Below, piece after piece: positions 25,221 to 35,972 of a stretch of 64,000 nucleotides of DNA. Location: positions 196,217 to 260,216 of the forward strand of contig DGNS01000015.1 in assembly GCA_002389045.1 (NCBI GenBank), read 5' to 3'. Under the pieces are notes generated by a model. It saw only the letters and a list, made by a program, of their open reading frames with translations. It was not told the origin of the DNA and ran no database searches. The translations under genes were made by a program, and so were the position numbers. How positions within the stretch are numbered: the first letter of the stretch is position 1; each line of letters begins with the position of its first letter. Origin of the DNA: Thiotrichaceae bacterium UBA4486 (GTDB lineage Bacteria; Pseudomonadota; Gammaproteobacteria; Eutrophobiales; Eutrophobiaceae).

Positions 25221-26225
25221 ATGCGTTTATACTTTTTGTTTTTCATTGCATTATTCATTTCTACGGCCGTCTCGGCGGAAGTGAACATTTACTCAGCCCG
25301 CAAAGAGGCGCTCATCAAACCGCTGTTGCAACGATTTACCGAGGCGAGCGGAACACGTGTCAACCTGGTCACCGGCGATGCCGATGCACTGATCAAACGT
25401 CTTGAAATCGAGGGTAAAAACAGTCCGGCTGACGTGCTGTTGACCGTGGATGCCGCCCGCCTGTACCGCGCCAAAACCCGGGGACTGTTCCAGAAGATCC
25501 CGTCCGAAATGGTTTCTGCGCGGGTGCCGGCCAGGTACCGCGATGAGGATGGCTACTGGACAGGATTGTCACTGCGCGCCCGGGTGATCGCCTATGCCAC
25601 CGACCGGGTCAATCCGAATCAACTGACCACCTACGAGGACCTCGCTGATCCGAAATGGCGGGGCCGGATCTGCGTGCGATCCTCGTCCAACATTTACAAC
25701 CAGTCTCTGGTGGCCGGCCTGGTGGCGCATCTCGGTATCGAGAAGACCGGGACCTGGGCAAATGGTCTGGTTGAAAATTTTGCCCGCGCGCCCAGGGGCG
25801 GTGACCGTGACCAGATCAAGGCCGTGGCGGCCGGTCAATGCGACCTGGCGCTGGTCAATACCTATTATATCGGCGGCATGCTGACTTCCAGTATTGAAGC
25901 GGAGCGCAATGCGGCCCGGCACATCGGCGTGTTCTGGCCCAACCAGCAAGGCCGTGGCGCGCATATCAATATCAGTGGCATCGGCATCACGGCGGCGTCG
26001 AAAAATACCGAACAGGCAAAGCGGCTGATCGAGTTTCTGCTCTCGGACGAGGCCCAGCACTGGTACGCCGAAACCAACTTCGAGTACCCGGTAGTCGATG
26101 GCATCAGGCCCAGTGAGACCCTGCAACAGTGGGGTGACTTCAAGGCCGATGAACTGCCCATGAACAGGCTGGGCGAGTTTAACTCCGAGGCCCTGCGTAT
26201 CATGGATCGGGCGGGCTGGAAGTAA
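25221..26225 (+). CDS. fbpA: Fe(3+) ABC transporter periplasmic substrate-binding protein (FbpA/AfuA family)
   Basis: It has a signal peptide and the SBP_bac_1/FbpA-like fold. It sits next to the two-domain permease and the ATPase. Confidence 0.75.
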   Translation: MRLYFLFFIALFISTAVSAEVNIYSARKEALIKPLLQRFTEASGTRVNLVTGDADALIKRLEIEGKNSPADVLLTVDAARLYRAKTRGLFQKIPSEMVSARVPARYRDEDGYWTGLSLRARVIAYATDRVNPNQLTTYEDLADPKWRGRICVRSSSNIYNQSLVAGLVAHLGIEKTGTWANGLVENFARAPRGGDRDQIKAVAAGQCDLALVNTYYIGGMLTSSIEAERNAARHIGVFWPNQQGRGAHINISGIGITAASKNTEQAKRLIEFLLSDEAQHWYAETNFEYPVVDGIRPSETLQQWGDFKADELPMNRLGEFNSEALRIMDRAGWK

Positions 26226-26233
26226 GCCGGGAC

Positions 26234-27925
26234 ATGCCCAGTTCCGCCACCACGGTCACCGGCTATTCGGCGCCGGCCGGGTTCCCGGTGCTGAAACCGT
26301 GGACTGTGCTGGTCCTGTTCCTGGTAATGATTTTCGCGGTGCCCCTGATCACCGTAATCAGCAGTGTCTTTGTCCCCAACGCGGAAATCTGGCGACACCT
26401 TCGCGAGACGGTACTTGCCGATTACATCACCAATTCCTTGCTGCTGATGTTCGGGGTCGGCGTTATTACTCTCCTGATCGGGGTGATAACGGCCTGGCTG
26501 GTGACCATGTTCCGCTTTCCGGGCAGTCGCCAGTTCGAATGGGCGCTGTTGTTGCCCATGTCCATCCCGGCCTACATCATTGCCTATACCTACACCGGTG
26601 TTCTGGATGTCGGTGGTCCGTTGCAGATCTGGATCCGCGAGTACTTCGGGATCGGCTACGGCGATTACTGGTTTCCCGAAATACGTTCCCTCGGTGGCGC
26701 CGTGTGCATGCTCAGCCTGGTGCTGTATCCCTATGTTTACCTGCTCACCCGTGCCGCGTTCGTGGAGCAGTCGGTGTGCGTGCTGGAAGTCTCGCGCACC
26801 CTGGGTTGCGGACCCCTGCGTTCCTTTTACCGTATAGGTATCGCACTGGCGCGCCCGGCCATTATCGTCGGCTTATCCCTCGTGCTGATGGAAACCCTGG
26901 CCGACTACGGCACCGTGCAGTATTTCGGCGTCGCCACGTTTACAACGGGGATCTTCCGCACCTGGTTCGGGCTCGGTGACAGCGTCGCGGCGGCGCAGCT
27001 TTCCGCCCTGATGATGTTTTTTGTCATCATCCTGCTGTACCTGGAATATCATTCACGCCACCGCTCACGGTTTCATCACACCAGTACACGCTACCGCAAC
27101 ATCCGCAAACTGCCGCTCACCGGTTCATCGGCCTGGCTGGCGACGTTCGTTTGCGCCCTGCCGGTGTTGCTTGGATTTATTGTACCGCTGTTTTTTCTGA
27201 TGCAATGGGCGCGACAGACCTGGGGTATCGTTATTAGTGAGGATTTTTTCCAACTCATATACAACAGCATGGTGCTGGCCAGTATCACGGCCGTGGTGGC
27301 CATGATCCTGTCCATGGTCATGGCCTACGGCAAACGCCAGAGCGGCAGTCGCACCATCCGCCTGGGCACACGTTTCGTCGGCATGGGTTATGCCATACCC
27401 GGAACGGTCATTGCCGTTGGCGTGCTGCTGCCCTTTGCCTGGGTGGACCGGCATATCGATGTGTTCTTTAGCACCCGTTTCGGTATCAATACCGGGCTGC
27501 TACTGAGTGGTACGCTGGTGGCGCTGGTGTTCGCCTACCTGGTGCGCTTTATGGCGGTTTCATTAAATACCGTGGATGCCGCGCTGATGAAAGTAAAACC
27601 GTCGATGGACGAAGCGGCGCGATCCATGGGCATGAAGGATCTCGCCATTCTGAAAAGAATTCATATTCCTATGATCCGCGGCAGCCTGCTTACCGCAACC
27701 TTGCTGGTATTCGTGGATGTGCTGAAGGAACTGCCGGCAACCCTGATCCTGAGGCCATTCAATTACAATACGCTGGCAATCCGCACCTATGAACTCGCCA
27801 ACGAGGAACGACTGGCGGAAGCGGCCTGTCCGGCGCTGGCCATCGTGCTGGTGTCCATCATCCCCGTGGTTCTGCTCAGCCGTTCCATTTCCCGTTCCAG
27901 ACCCGGTAGTCATGCACTCGGTTAA
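26234..27925 (+). CDS. fbpB: Fe(3+) ABC transporter permease (duplicated two-domain FbpB type)
   Basis: 563 aa with about 12 TM helices and two ABC TMD domains. Confidence 0.8.
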   Translation: MPSSATTVTGYSAPAGFPVLKPWTVLVLFLVMIFAVPLITVISSVFVPNAEIWRHLRETVLADYITNSLLLMFGVGVITLLIGVITAWLVTMFRFPGSRQFEWALLLPMSIPAYIIAYTYTGVLDVGGPLQIWIREYFGIGYGDYWFPEIRSLGGAVCMLSLVLYPYVYLLTRAAFVEQSVCVLEVSRTLGCGPLRSFYRIGIALARPAIIVGLSLVLMETLADYGTVQYFGVATFTTGIFRTWFGLGDSVAAAQLSALMMFFVIILLYLEYHSRHRSRFHHTSTRYRNIRKLPLTGSSAWLATFVCALPVLLGFIVPLFFLMQWARQTWGIVISEDFFQLIYNSMVLASITAVVAMILSMVMAYGKRQSGSRTIRLGTRFVGMGYAIPGTVIAVGVLLPFAWVDRHIDVFFSTRFGINTGLLLSGTLVALVFAYLVRFMAVSLNTVDAALMKVKPSMDEAARSMGMKDLAILKRIHIPMIRGSLLTATLLVFVDVLKELPATLILRPFNYNTLAIRTYELANEERLAEAACPALAIVLVSIIPVVLLSRSISRSRPGSHALG

Positions 27926-28970
27926 GGTCGAGAAGGTCAGTATCGGTTTCGATGGCGTCCCTGTCGTCAGGGATTTGTCCATCGCCATAGACCCCGGGGA
28001 GATCGCCTGCCTGCTCGGACCCAGTGGTACCGGCAAGACCACACTGTTGCGACTGATTGCCGGTTTTGAAAAACCGGATACCGGCGAGATCTGGATCAAT
28101 GGCGTCAAGTGCAGCGATCCCGCGGGCATGCTGCCGGTGGAAGAGCGTGGTATCGGCATGGTCTTCCAGGATTTTGCCCTGTTCCCGCACCTCAGTGTCG
28201 AGGACAATATTCTGTTCGGGCTGCGCAACAAGCCGGCAGCAAAACAGCGGGGCCGGCTCACCCAGCTTTGCGACCTGCTGCGCATCCGTGAACTGCTGGA
28301 CAAGTTTCCACATCAGCTCTCCGGTGGCCAGCAACAGCGTGTGGCCGTTGCCCGCGCACTGGCTCCGGGCCCCCGGGTCATGTTGCTGGATGAACCGTTT
28401 TCCAACATCGATGTGGAACTGCGCGAGGAACTGGCCGAAGAAGTCCGCGCCACCCTGAAGGAAGAGGGCGTCACAGCCATAATAGTCAGCCACAACCAAC
28501 TCGAGAGTTTTGCCGTCGCAGATCGTATCGGAGTGATCTATAACGGCCGCCTGTTGCAATGGGATTCCGCCTTTAATCTGTATCACCGTCCGCTGGACCG
28601 ATACGTTGCGGATTTCGTCGGCCAGGGTGTGTTCATGCCCGCCCGGGTTGTCAGTGCTACGAGTGTCGAAACCGAACTCGGTATCATCAGTGGTTCCGGG
28701 CCACATAACTTTGCCGAAGGTGAAGCCGTTGAGGTATTGATCCGACCTGATGACATTATTCACGATGATGACAGTGATATGACCGCCGTGGTTGAGCACA
28801 AGATCTTCCGCGGGGCGCAATTTCTTTATACTTTGGTATTGAAGAGCGGTCAGCGTGTGCTCAGCCTGGTGCCCAGTCATCACAACCACCCGGTCAACCA
28901 GCCTATCGGTATTCGCATGGAAATCGATCACCTTGTGGTTTTTCCCACCGGGGCCGGGCGCGGTGTCTGA
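27912..28970 (+). CDS. fbpC: Fe(3+) ABC transporter ATP-binding protein (the start is at ATG 27912, overlapping the permease stop)
   Basis: Walker A GPSGTGKTT, signature LSGGQQQRV and Walker B VMLLDEP, plus a C-terminal TOBE-like domain. Confidence 0.85.
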   Translation: MHSVKVEKVSIGFDGVPVVRDLSIAIDPGEIACLLGPSGTGKTTLLRLIAGFEKPDTGEIWINGVKCSDPAGMLPVEERGIGMVFQDFALFPHLSVEDNILFGLRNKPAAKQRGRLTQLCDLLRIRELLDKFPHQLSGGQQQRVAVARALAPGPRVMLLDEPFSNIDVELREELAEEVRATLKEEGVTAIIVSHNQLESFAVADRIGVIYNGRLLQWDSAFNLYHRPLDRYVADFVGQGVFMPARVVSATSVETELGIISGSGPHNFAEGEAVEVLIRPDDIIHDDDSDMTAVVEHKIFRGAQFLYTLVLKSGQRVLSLVPSHHNHPVNQPIGIRMEIDHLVVFPTGAGRGV

Positions 28971-29055
28971 ATTACCGCGCCCGGATGATGTCGTGTCGTA
29001 ATGTGCAGTTGAAATTACTATACTAGGGCAAAGAATAACGAGTGAGTTCTGATGT

Positions 29056-29445
29056 ATGAATGACTTACCTGAAGATCTGCAGTATTCCGTTAATCACACC
29101 TGGATCGAAGTCCAGAGTGACGGTTCCATGCGCGTCGGCATCACGGATTTTGCCCAGGAACAACTGGGTGATGTGGTCTTTGTCGAATTGCCCGAAGTGG
29201 GCAGAACCTATGCCGCGGATGAGGAGTGCGGACTGGTGGAGTCGGTCAAATCGGCTTCCGATATTTATTGCCCGGTGTCCGGCGAGATCATGGCGGTCAA
29301 CGAGGACATTGAAGACAATCCCGAAAAAATCAACACCGATCCCTACGGTGATGGCTGGTTGTTCCAGATCATGCCGAAAGACGATAGCGAAACGGATGCA
29401 TTGATTGACGTGGAAGAATACCAGGAACACATAAAAGAGGAGTAG
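29056..29445 (+). CDS. gcvH: Glycine cleavage system H protein (lipoyl carrier)
   Basis: 129 aa. LVESVKSASDIYCPVSGEI contains the lipoyl-lysine motif. Confidence 0.85.
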   Translation: MNDLPEDLQYSVNHTWIEVQSDGSMRVGITDFAQEQLGDVVFVELPEVGRTYAADEECGLVESVKSASDIYCPVSGEIMAVNEDIEDNPEKINTDPYGDGWLFQIMPKDDSETDALIDVEEYQEHIKEE

Positions 29446-29448
29446 AAC

Positions 29449-29949
29449 ATGGCAACAGTTACCTTACAGGGCAATGAATTTCATACCTGCGGCGAATTGC
29501 CTGCAGTGGGCAGCAAGGCCCCGGATTTTGTACTGGTGGACGGTGATCTGAATAACGTTTCGCTGGCAACCTACGCCGGAAAAAAGAAGCTGCTGAATAT
29601 CGTCCCGAGCCTGGATACACCGACCTGCGCGTTATCGACAAAGAAATTCAATGAGAAGGCCGGCGATTTCGATAATACCGTTTTCCTCATGGTGTCGGCT
29701 GACCTGCCATTCGCCATGGGACGCTTCTGCAAGGCGGAAGGCACAGACAATGTTATTCCGCTGTCGATGATGCGTTCACGCAATTTCGCCAAGGATTACG
29801 GCGTGCTCATCGAGGACGGCCCGCTCGCCGGCATCACCTGTCGGGCTGTTGTGGTTATCGATGAAGACGACAACGTTGTCTACACTGAACTGGTCCCGGA
29901 AATTGCAAACGAACCGGACTATGATCGGGCACTTACAGATCTCAGATAA
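29449..29949 (+). CDS. tpx: Thiol peroxidase (Tpx, atypical 2-Cys peroxiredoxin)
   Basis: 166 aa. PSLDTPTCA holds the peroxidatic Cys and the family is Tpx. Confidence 0.85.
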   Translation: MATVTLQGNEFHTCGELPAVGSKAPDFVLVDGDLNNVSLATYAGKKKLLNIVPSLDTPTCALSTKKFNEKAGDFDNTVFLMVSADLPFAMGRFCKAEGTDNVIPLSMMRSRNFAKDYGVLIEDGPLAGITCRAVVVIDEDDNVVYTELVPEIANEPDYDRALTDLR

Positions 29950-29982
29950 CAGATAACAGACAACAGATAAAAGATAACAGAT
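29942..29982. repeat. Short tandem repeat, about 5 x AGATAACA octamer, at the tpx 3' end
   Basis: The sequence reads agataacagataacagacaacagataaaagataacagatc. Confidence 0.6.
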
Positions 29983-30033
29983 CTTTGAATCTGAACATCT
30001 AACCGGCAACGAACTTCCAGGAATCTTCAATCT

Positions 30034-30396
30034 GTGGCACAACAGGGTAACGCGGGTTTGACCCGTATTTTCAAGGCGTTTTTTTATTCCATGAACGGCA
30101 TCAAGGCCGCCTTCGTCAATGAAGCGGCCTTTCGCCAGGAAGTGTTTCTCACCGTGGTGTTGTTGCCCGTTGCTCTGTGGTTCGGCGAGACCGGTGTCGA
30201 GAAGGCATTGCTGGTCACCACGTTGTTACTGGTATTGATCGTCGAGTTGTTGAATACCGGTATCGAGGCCGTGGTTGACCGGGTGGGCACGGAACATCAT
30301 GAACTCTCCGGCATGGCCAAGGACATTGCATCAGCCTCGGTATTTCTATCGCTGCTGAACGTGGTCGTGGTTTGGGGACTGGTGCTGTTTCTGTAG
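30034..30396 (+). CDS. dgkA: Diacylglycerol kinase
   Basis: 120 aa with 3 TM helices. Matches the DgkA family. Confidence 0.8.
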   Translation: MAQQGNAGLTRIFKAFFYSMNGIKAAFVNEAAFRQEVFLTVVLLPVALWFGETGVEKALLVTTLLLVLIVELLNTGIEAVVDRVGTEHHELSGMAKDIASASVFLSLLNVVVVWGLVLFL

Positions 30397-30433
30397 CATT
30401 CAAACCTCTCCCATTCGTGCCCATGAGTATGAG

Positions 30434-31387
30434 TTAATCTTTCCCGTATTGTAGCGAGGCAAAGCGGGCGGCGCCGGCAAGACCGATGTTCTCGTCGGTA
30501 TTCAGTAGCACGGTGATGTTTTCCAGGGCCGGAATGTAGGCCGGGGAAGCAGTGTTGAGAAACTCGTCCATGAAGGCAGGCGATGTGACGACCTCGGGAT
30601 GCTTGATGGCGATGCCGCCGGAGATGACCAGCCTGTCGATCATATTGATCAGGCAGTAGTTACGGCATACACGTCCATAGAAACGTGAGAACAGTGCCAG
30701 TGTTTCGGCATTAGCGGTACCAAACACTGTCTCGGCGGATACCGCCTCACCGGTCAGAAACTCATGCAGCAGGGTCAGTCCGGTTCCGGACACCACCACA
30801 TCATTGACCATGTACGGCAGGCCGAGCCGCGCCAGCATGAATTGTTCGAGGTTTTTTTCCTGTTCACCGTTGAACGCGAAGCCGGCATAGCCTGCTTCCG
30901 AGGGTACGGCAATACATCCCGTTTCATCTTCAACCAGGCAACAGTGGCCGAGACCGGTGCCGGCGCCGATGACAGCCATGCGCCGGTGCCGGTCCGTTTT
31001 TCCCGCCCTGATTTTACGGAATTGTTGCATGATATCGACAACGGTACAGCCGTAGGCCTGCGCCGTGAAATCGTTCAACATTATAATATGCCGGAACGGC
31101 ACCTCATCGAGATCGATATCCCAGCACACATTCGGTAACAGACAGCGTTGACCAGTGACCGGTCCGGGCACGGCCAGAACGATACGGTCCACGTCCACGA
31201 AGCAGGGCAGGGATGCCGGTTTATGGGCGTGATAGTGTTCGATGAATTGCAGAAAAGATCCGATGCTGTTAGCTTGCGTGGCAAAGGAGAACACAGTCGA
31301 AGTGCGCAGGGGTTGCTGATTTTTTGCAGTGTAAAGCGCAAACCGTGTCGTGGTGCCGCCGATGTCCACTGCCAGGGTTTCGGTCAT
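30434..31387 (-). CDS. glk: Glucokinase (the ATG at 31387 is preferred over the upstream TTG)
   Basis: LAVDIGGTTTRFAL matches the Glk phosphate-1 motif. Glk family. Confidence 0.75.
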   Translation of the reverse strand: MTETLAVDIGGTTTRFALYTAKNQQPLRTSTVFSFATQANSIGSFLQFIEHYHAHKPASLPCFVDVDRIVLAVPGPVTGQRCLLPNVCWDIDLDEVPFRHIIMLNDFTAQAYGCTVVDIMQQFRKIRAGKTDRHRRMAVIGAGTGLGHCCLVEDETGCIAVPSEAGYAGFAFNGEQEKNLEQFMLARLGLPYMVNDVVVSGTGLTLLHEFLTGEAVSAETVFGTANAETLALFSRFYGRVCRNYCLINMIDRLVISGGIAIKHPEVVTSPAFMDEFLNTASPAYIPALENITVLLNTDENIGLAGAARFASLQYGKD

Positions 31388-31401
31388 GGCGCCTTGCCGG
31401 T

Positions 31402-32148
31402 TTATCTGGCTGCACACACCGGGCAATGCGGATCGCGGTTGAGTTTAGCCTGGTGAAATTCCATGGACAGGGCGTCAAAGAGTAACAGTTTGCCGACCAT
31501 GGACTGGCCGATACCCATGATCAGTTTCATGGCTTCCAGCGCCTGCATACTGCCGATGATGCCCAGCAAGGGGGCGATAACGCCATTGGCGGTGCAGGTC
31601 TGTTCGACATCGGCGTTGTCACCGTACAGGCAACGGTAGCAGGGTGATTCTTCCATTCTCGTATCAAAGACGCTGAACTGCGCCTCGAAACGAATGGCGG
31701 CGCCGGAAATCAGCGGTTTTTTGTGGAGCACACAGGCGCTGTTGATGGCAAAGCGGGTGTCGAAGTTATCACAGCAATCCAGTACCACGTCGGCCTGTTT
31801 CACGGCAGCTTCCAGTTCTTCCCGATCGAGTTTGTGGTCAAGGCTGACGATGCGGGTGTCCGGGTTGATGGCCGCCAGTGTTTCACCGGCCGAATCGATC
31901 TTGGTGCGGCCAATGTCCGCGGTGCCGTGCAGAATCTGCCGTTGCAGGTTGGACAGGTCGACCTTGTCGTAATCAACAATCACCAGTTCGCCGACACCGG
32001 CGCTGGCCAGGTACATGGATGCCGGTGAGCCAAGTCCGCCGAGTCCGATGATGAGGGCCGTGGCATCGCCCAGTTTTTGCTGACCGGCAGCATCGATCTC
32101 GGGCAACATGATCTGGCGACTGTAACGCAGGAGTTGTTCGTCGTTCAT
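31402..32148 (-). CDS. moeB: Molybdopterin-synthase adenylyltransferase MoeB (ThiF/HesA family). The start is reassigned to ATG 32148, which is coupled by ATGA overlap to the upstream ORF.
   Basis: YSRQIMLPEIDAAGQQKL...GLGGLGSP is the nucleotide-binding motif, and C-terminal CYRC...CPVC forms a Zn site. The listed 307-aa ORF carries a 59-aa spurious N-terminal extension. Confidence 0.8.
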   Translation of the reverse strand: MNDEQLLRYSRQIMLPEIDAAGQQKLGDATALIIGLGGLGSPASMYLASAGVGELVIVDYDKVDLSNLQRQILHGTADIGRTKIDSAGETLAAINPDTRIVSLDHKLDREELEAAVKQADVVLDCCDNFDTRFAINSACVLHKKPLISGAAIRFEAQFSVFDTRMEESPCYRCLYGDNADVEQTCTANGVIAPLLGIIGSMQALEAMKLIMGIGQSMVGKLLLFDALSMEFHQAKLNRDPHCPVCAAR

Positions 32149-32522
32149 GAACGGAAGTAACGTGAAGGCGGTTGCTGTTGCTCCATCGTATAACAGTACA
32201 GATATACTTTCTGTAACTCGCTTTCCAGCCCGAATGGAGTGGCGGCATGGTCGCGCATATTGTGATCCATGCAGGTATACAGCCGGTTTTTCAATTGCAT
32301 GAAGAGTCCTGTTGACGGCCTGCAATCCAGATCCTCGAGGATCGCAAGTATTGCCGGGTAATCCAGCAAGCAGGGATCATAACGCACGGACAGACGATTT
32401 CCCCGCCGTGATATGGAGTCAAAACCTTCGTAGCCCTTGATGGCCTGCAACAGCTTTTCAGCGTACGGCTGTGTCAGCGGTTCGGCCAGTCTGACAGTGC
32501 GGGAGACGATCATGGTTGCCAT
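32145..32522 (-). CDS. Hypothetical protein between prmC and moeB
   Basis: 125 aa, translationally coupled on both sides, with no recognisable motif. Confidence 0.3.
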   Translation of the reverse strand: MATMIVSRTVRLAEPLTQPYAEKLLQAIKGYEGFDSISRRGNRLSVRYDPCLLDYPAILAILEDLDCRPSTGLFMQLKNRLYTCMDHNMRDHAATPFGLESELQKVYLYCYTMEQQQPPSRYFRS

Positions 32523-33367
32523 TGTGCACCGGTTCCCCGGTGATGTCCCGCCAGGTCATCAAAACATTCGATCGAGCTGAAGCCGCGTTGCCGCAGCAGT
32601 GCCTTGACCGTATCGCCCTGGTCAAAGCCGTGTTCGAGAAACAGGTATCCGCCCGGGCACAGATGATCCGGAGCGCCGTCAATAATTGTTCTGATCATGT
32701 CCAGACCATCGGCGCCGCCTGCCAGGGCGAGCCTGGGTTCGAAACGCACGTCGCCCTGATCAAGGTGCGGGTCTGCATCGGGGATGTACGGTGGGTTACT
32801 GATAATGACGTGAAATACATATCCGCCGAGATTCGTGAACCAGTCACTGGCGATCAATTCAACATTATCGAGGTCGTGCCTGTCCCGGTTATGTTCGGCG
32901 GTGGCGAGTGTCGCGGCGTCGATATCCGTGGCCACGATGTGGCACCGGGGACGCTCGCTGGCGATGGCGAGTGCGATGGCGCCACTGCCGGTGCCCAGAT
33001 CCGCTATGCGCAGCGATTCCCGCACGGGAATATGCGCCAGCGCGGCGGCCACCAGGCATTCGGTGTCCGGGCGTGGGATCAGGATTCCGTTATTGACCTT
33101 GAGCGCCAGCGACCAGAATTCGCGTTCGCCGGTGATATAGGCTACGGGCTCGCCGCCGAGGCGCTGTTGCAGGTGTTGATCGAATTGCCCGCGTATTCCA
33201 TCAGGCAATGTCTCCGCGCCCCGCGTATAGATCGCGGCGCGGTCACAACCCAGTGTTCGGGCCAGTAAAATTTCCACATCCAGGCGTGGTGAATCGGATT
33301 CTTGCAGTTTCAGTGCGGATGACCGCAGCAGTTCAGTAATGGTGGAAGAGGGCACGGTCACGCTCAC
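32510..33367 (-). CDS. prmC: Release factor glutamine N5-methyltransferase PrmC (HemK)
   Basis: An NPPY motif (IISNPPYIP) and a class I methyltransferase GxGxG (DLGTGSG) are present. Confidence 0.85.
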   Translation of the reverse strand: MSVTVPSSTITELLRSSALKLQESDSPRLDVEILLARTLGCDRAAIYTRGAETLPDGIRGQFDQHLQQRLGGEPVAYITGEREFWSLALKVNNGILIPRPDTECLVAAALAHIPVRESLRIADLGTGSGAIALAIASERPRCHIVATDIDAATLATAEHNRDRHDLDNVELIASDWFTNLGGYVFHVIISNPPYIPDADPHLDQGDVRFEPRLALAGGADGLDMIRTIIDGAPDHLCPGGYLFLEHGFDQGDTVKALLRQRGFSSIECFDDLAGHHRGTGAQWQP

Positions 33368-34446
33368 CCATTAATGGCCGCGAGCAAATCCGCGTGGTAT
33401 TCGTTGTTCAGTGGTTCGATCACCATGTCCAGATCGCCGGCCAGGAATTCATCCAGCTTGTACAGCGTCAGGTTGATGCGATGATCGGTGACACGGCCCT
33501 GGGGATAGTTGTAGGTGCGGATGCGTTCTGACCGGTCGCCGCTGCCGACCAGGTTGCGCCGGCTCTCGGCGCGCTCACTGTTTTGCTTTTCCCGTTCTGC
33601 GTTCAGCAGTCTGGCCTTTAATAATGACATGGCGCGGGCGCGGTTCTTGTGTTGTGAACGTTCATCCTGGCATTCCACCACGGTGTTGGTGGGCAGGTGG
33701 GTGATGCGAATGGCAGAGTCAGTCTTGTTGACATGCTGGCCGCCGGCGCCGGAGGCGCGAAAGGTATCCACCCTCAGGTCCACCGGGTTGATTTCGATCT
33801 CTTCCACTTCCTCGAGTTCCGGCAACACCGCTACCGTGCAGGCCGATGTGTGTATGCGGCCCTGGGATTCGGTCTCCGGGACGCGCTGGACGCGATGAGC
33901 GCCGGATTCGAATTTCAGTTTCGAGTAGGCACCTTCGCCGATGATGCGCATGATGATTTCCTTGTAACCTTCCATCTCACTGAGTGTTGCACTCATGATT
34001 TCAACCTTCCAGTGGTGGCGTTCGGCATAGCGCATGTACATTTTCATCAGATCGCCCGCGAACAGGGCGGCTTCCTCGCCGCCGGTGCCGGCCCGTATTT
34101 CAAGATAGATGTTGCTCTTGTCGGCCGGGTCTTTGGGCAGCAGCAGCTTTTGCAGTTCGGCTTCCAGATCCCGGTTTTTTGCCTCGGCTTCCTGCAGTTC
34201 CTCGCCGGCCAGGGTACGGATTTCCGCATCGGTGTCGGACTGCATGTCGCGGGCTGACTGCATGGCATCGAGATTATGCCTGTATTCAGTGTACTTGCTG
34301 ACCAGGGGCTGGATCTCGGCGCGCTCCATGGACAGCTCCCGAAACCGGTTCTTGTTGCTGATGGTCTCCGCGTCGGACAGCAGCGCATCGATCTCGACCA
34401 GGCGATCGCTCAGCTTGTCCAGTTTTTCCAGTAGACTTTCTTTCAT
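33364..34446 (-). CDS. prfA: Peptide chain release factor 1
   Basis: 360 aa with a GGQ motif ([11 protein letters not shown]) and a PxT-type region. It is in the hemA-prfA-prmC operon. Confidence 0.95.
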   Translation of the reverse strand: MKESLLEKLDKLSDRLVEIDALLSDAETISNKNRFRELSMERAEIQPLVSKYTEYRHNLDAMQSARDMQSDTDAEIRTLAGEELQEAEAKNRDLEAELQKLLLPKDPADKSNIYLEIRAGTGGEEAALFAGDLMKMYMRYAERHHWKVEIMSATLSEMEGYKEIIMRIIGEGAYSKLKFESGAHRVQRVPETESQGRIHTSACTVAVLPELEEVEEIEINPVDLRVDTFRASGAGGQHVNKTDSAIRITHLPTNTVVECQDERSQHKNRARAMSLLKARLLNAEREKQNSERAESRRNLVGSGDRSERIRTYNYPQGRVTDHRINLTLYKLDEFLAGDLDMVIEPLNNEYHADLLAAING

Positions 34447-34472
34447 GACCGGCGCCGGGAGTTACAGCGGGA

Positions 34473-35744
34473 CTACTTCTTCGGGATGTCCTGCTCTTTC
34501 AGATCAAACAATTCGTGGGTAGCGGAGAGTAAATCGATTCGACCGTTAACTCCAGCGTTTCTGAGCTGGCTGCTGGGGGTGTGAATGAGTTTGTTAGTGA
34601 GGGTATGGGTGACTTCCTTGAGGACGACCGCCGGATCGGCGCCGTTTTGCAGTTTCAACAACGCGCCCTGGAGTACTTCATCCTGGATACTGCCGGCATG
34701 GCGGCGCAGTGCGCGGATCGTGTCGACGGCATCCAGCGAGTTCAGCCATTCCATGAAGTTGAGGACCTGGGCTTCTATGATTTCCTCGGCTTGCAGGGCG
34801 GCCTGCTTGCGGTTGTTCATGTTTTCCTGGATGACGTCCTTAAGGTCATCCACGGTGTACAGGTAGATATCGTCCATGTCACCGACTTCGGGTTCGATGT
34901 CGCGAGGTACGGCGATATCGACCATAAACACCGGTTTGTGTTTGCGTTGCCGGATGGCGCTTTCCATGGCGCCCTTGCCGAGTATGGGCAATTGGCTGGC
35001 GGTGGAGGAAATGACGACGTCGGCCTCGGCGAGGTGGTCCGGAATGCCGGACAGGGCGATGGCATAACCCGAAAATTCATCGGCCAGTTTGCGCGAGCGC
35101 TCGACGGTGCGGTTGGCGATGATCATTTTTTTCAGGCCGTTCTCGTGCAGATGACGCGCGACCAGCTCGATGGTTTCGCCGGCGCCAATCAACAGGGCGG
35201 TTTGCTGCGAGAGGTCGCCGAATATCTGCTGCGCCAGCCGTACCGCGGCGAAGGCCACGGAAACCGGATGCGAACCGATGGAGGTGTTGCTGCGAATATC
35301 CTTGGCGACATGAAAGCTGTGCTGGAAAAGCCGGTTTAGCAGTTTGCCGATGCTGCCGGTTTCCAGCGCCACCTGGTAGGCTTCCTTGAGTTGTCCCAGC
35401 ACCTGTGGTTCACCAAGGACCATGGAATCGAGGCCACTGGCGACGCGCAGCATGTGTTTGACCGCGTTGGCGTCGGGATGCGTGTACAGGTAGGGTTGTA
35501 CCTCGTTATGACGGATACCGTGAAAACCCGACAGCCACTGTACCGGCCGGGTGCTGGTATGATCATCGACACTGCAGTAGACCTCGGTGCGGTTGCAGGT
35601 GGAGAGAATGGCCGCTTCCTGGACTTCACCCATGCGCGTCAGATCCTTGAGGGCATCGGTCATGATTTCGCGGGCAAAACACAGCTGTTCACGCAATTCC
35701 AGTGGCGCGGTGGAATGGTTCAAGCCGTATGCCAGAATACTCAT
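34473..35744 (-). CDS. hemA: Glutamyl-tRNA reductase
   Basis: 423 aa. It has the HemA N-terminal catalytic Cys region (AILSTCNRTEVY) and an NADPH-binding domain. Confidence 0.9.
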   Translation of the reverse strand: MSILAYGLNHSTAPLELREQLCFAREIMTDALKDLTRMGEVQEAAILSTCNRTEVYCSVDDHTSTRPVQWLSGFHGIRHNEVQPYLYTHPDANAVKHMLRVASGLDSMVLGEPQVLGQLKEAYQVALETGSIGKLLNRLFQHSFHVAKDIRSNTSIGSHPVSVAFAAVRLAQQIFGDLSQQTALLIGAGETIELVARHLHENGLKKMIIANRTVERSRKLADEFSGYAIALSGIPDHLAEADVVISSTASQLPILGKGAMESAIRQRKHKPVFMVDIAVPRDIEPEVGDMDDIYLYTVDDLKDVIQENMNNRKQAALQAEEIIEAQVLNFMEWLNSLDAVDTIRALRRHAGSIQDEVLQGALLKLQNGADPAVVLKEVTHTLTNKLIHTPSSQLRNAGVNGRIDLLSATHELFDLKEQDIPKK

Positions 35745-35972
35745 AAAAACAGTTTACCCGTGTTCTTTTGACCACTCTAGTGAACAAATTATGCAAAATC
35801 CACACACATTTTAGCCGCTTTTGATCCAGATCACCGCGGATTCAGCTAGAATCGGCCAGGATTTCGCCCGCGTCGAGGCTGACAGTCTGCATTGATCGGG
35901 TTCAACGAAAGTACAGAACTGACGTTAATTATATATTGTCAAAAACAGTAGTTCCCCGTTAAGGTAATATTC

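Noticed and set aside
25569-28931. Minus-strand ORFs 25569..26126, 25865..26398, 27563..28303 and 27876..28931, and plus-strand ORFs 26299..26979 and 28057..28458, across fbpABC
   Set aside because: They are antisense or off-frame to ABC transporter genes that carry Walker, signature and permease motifs.
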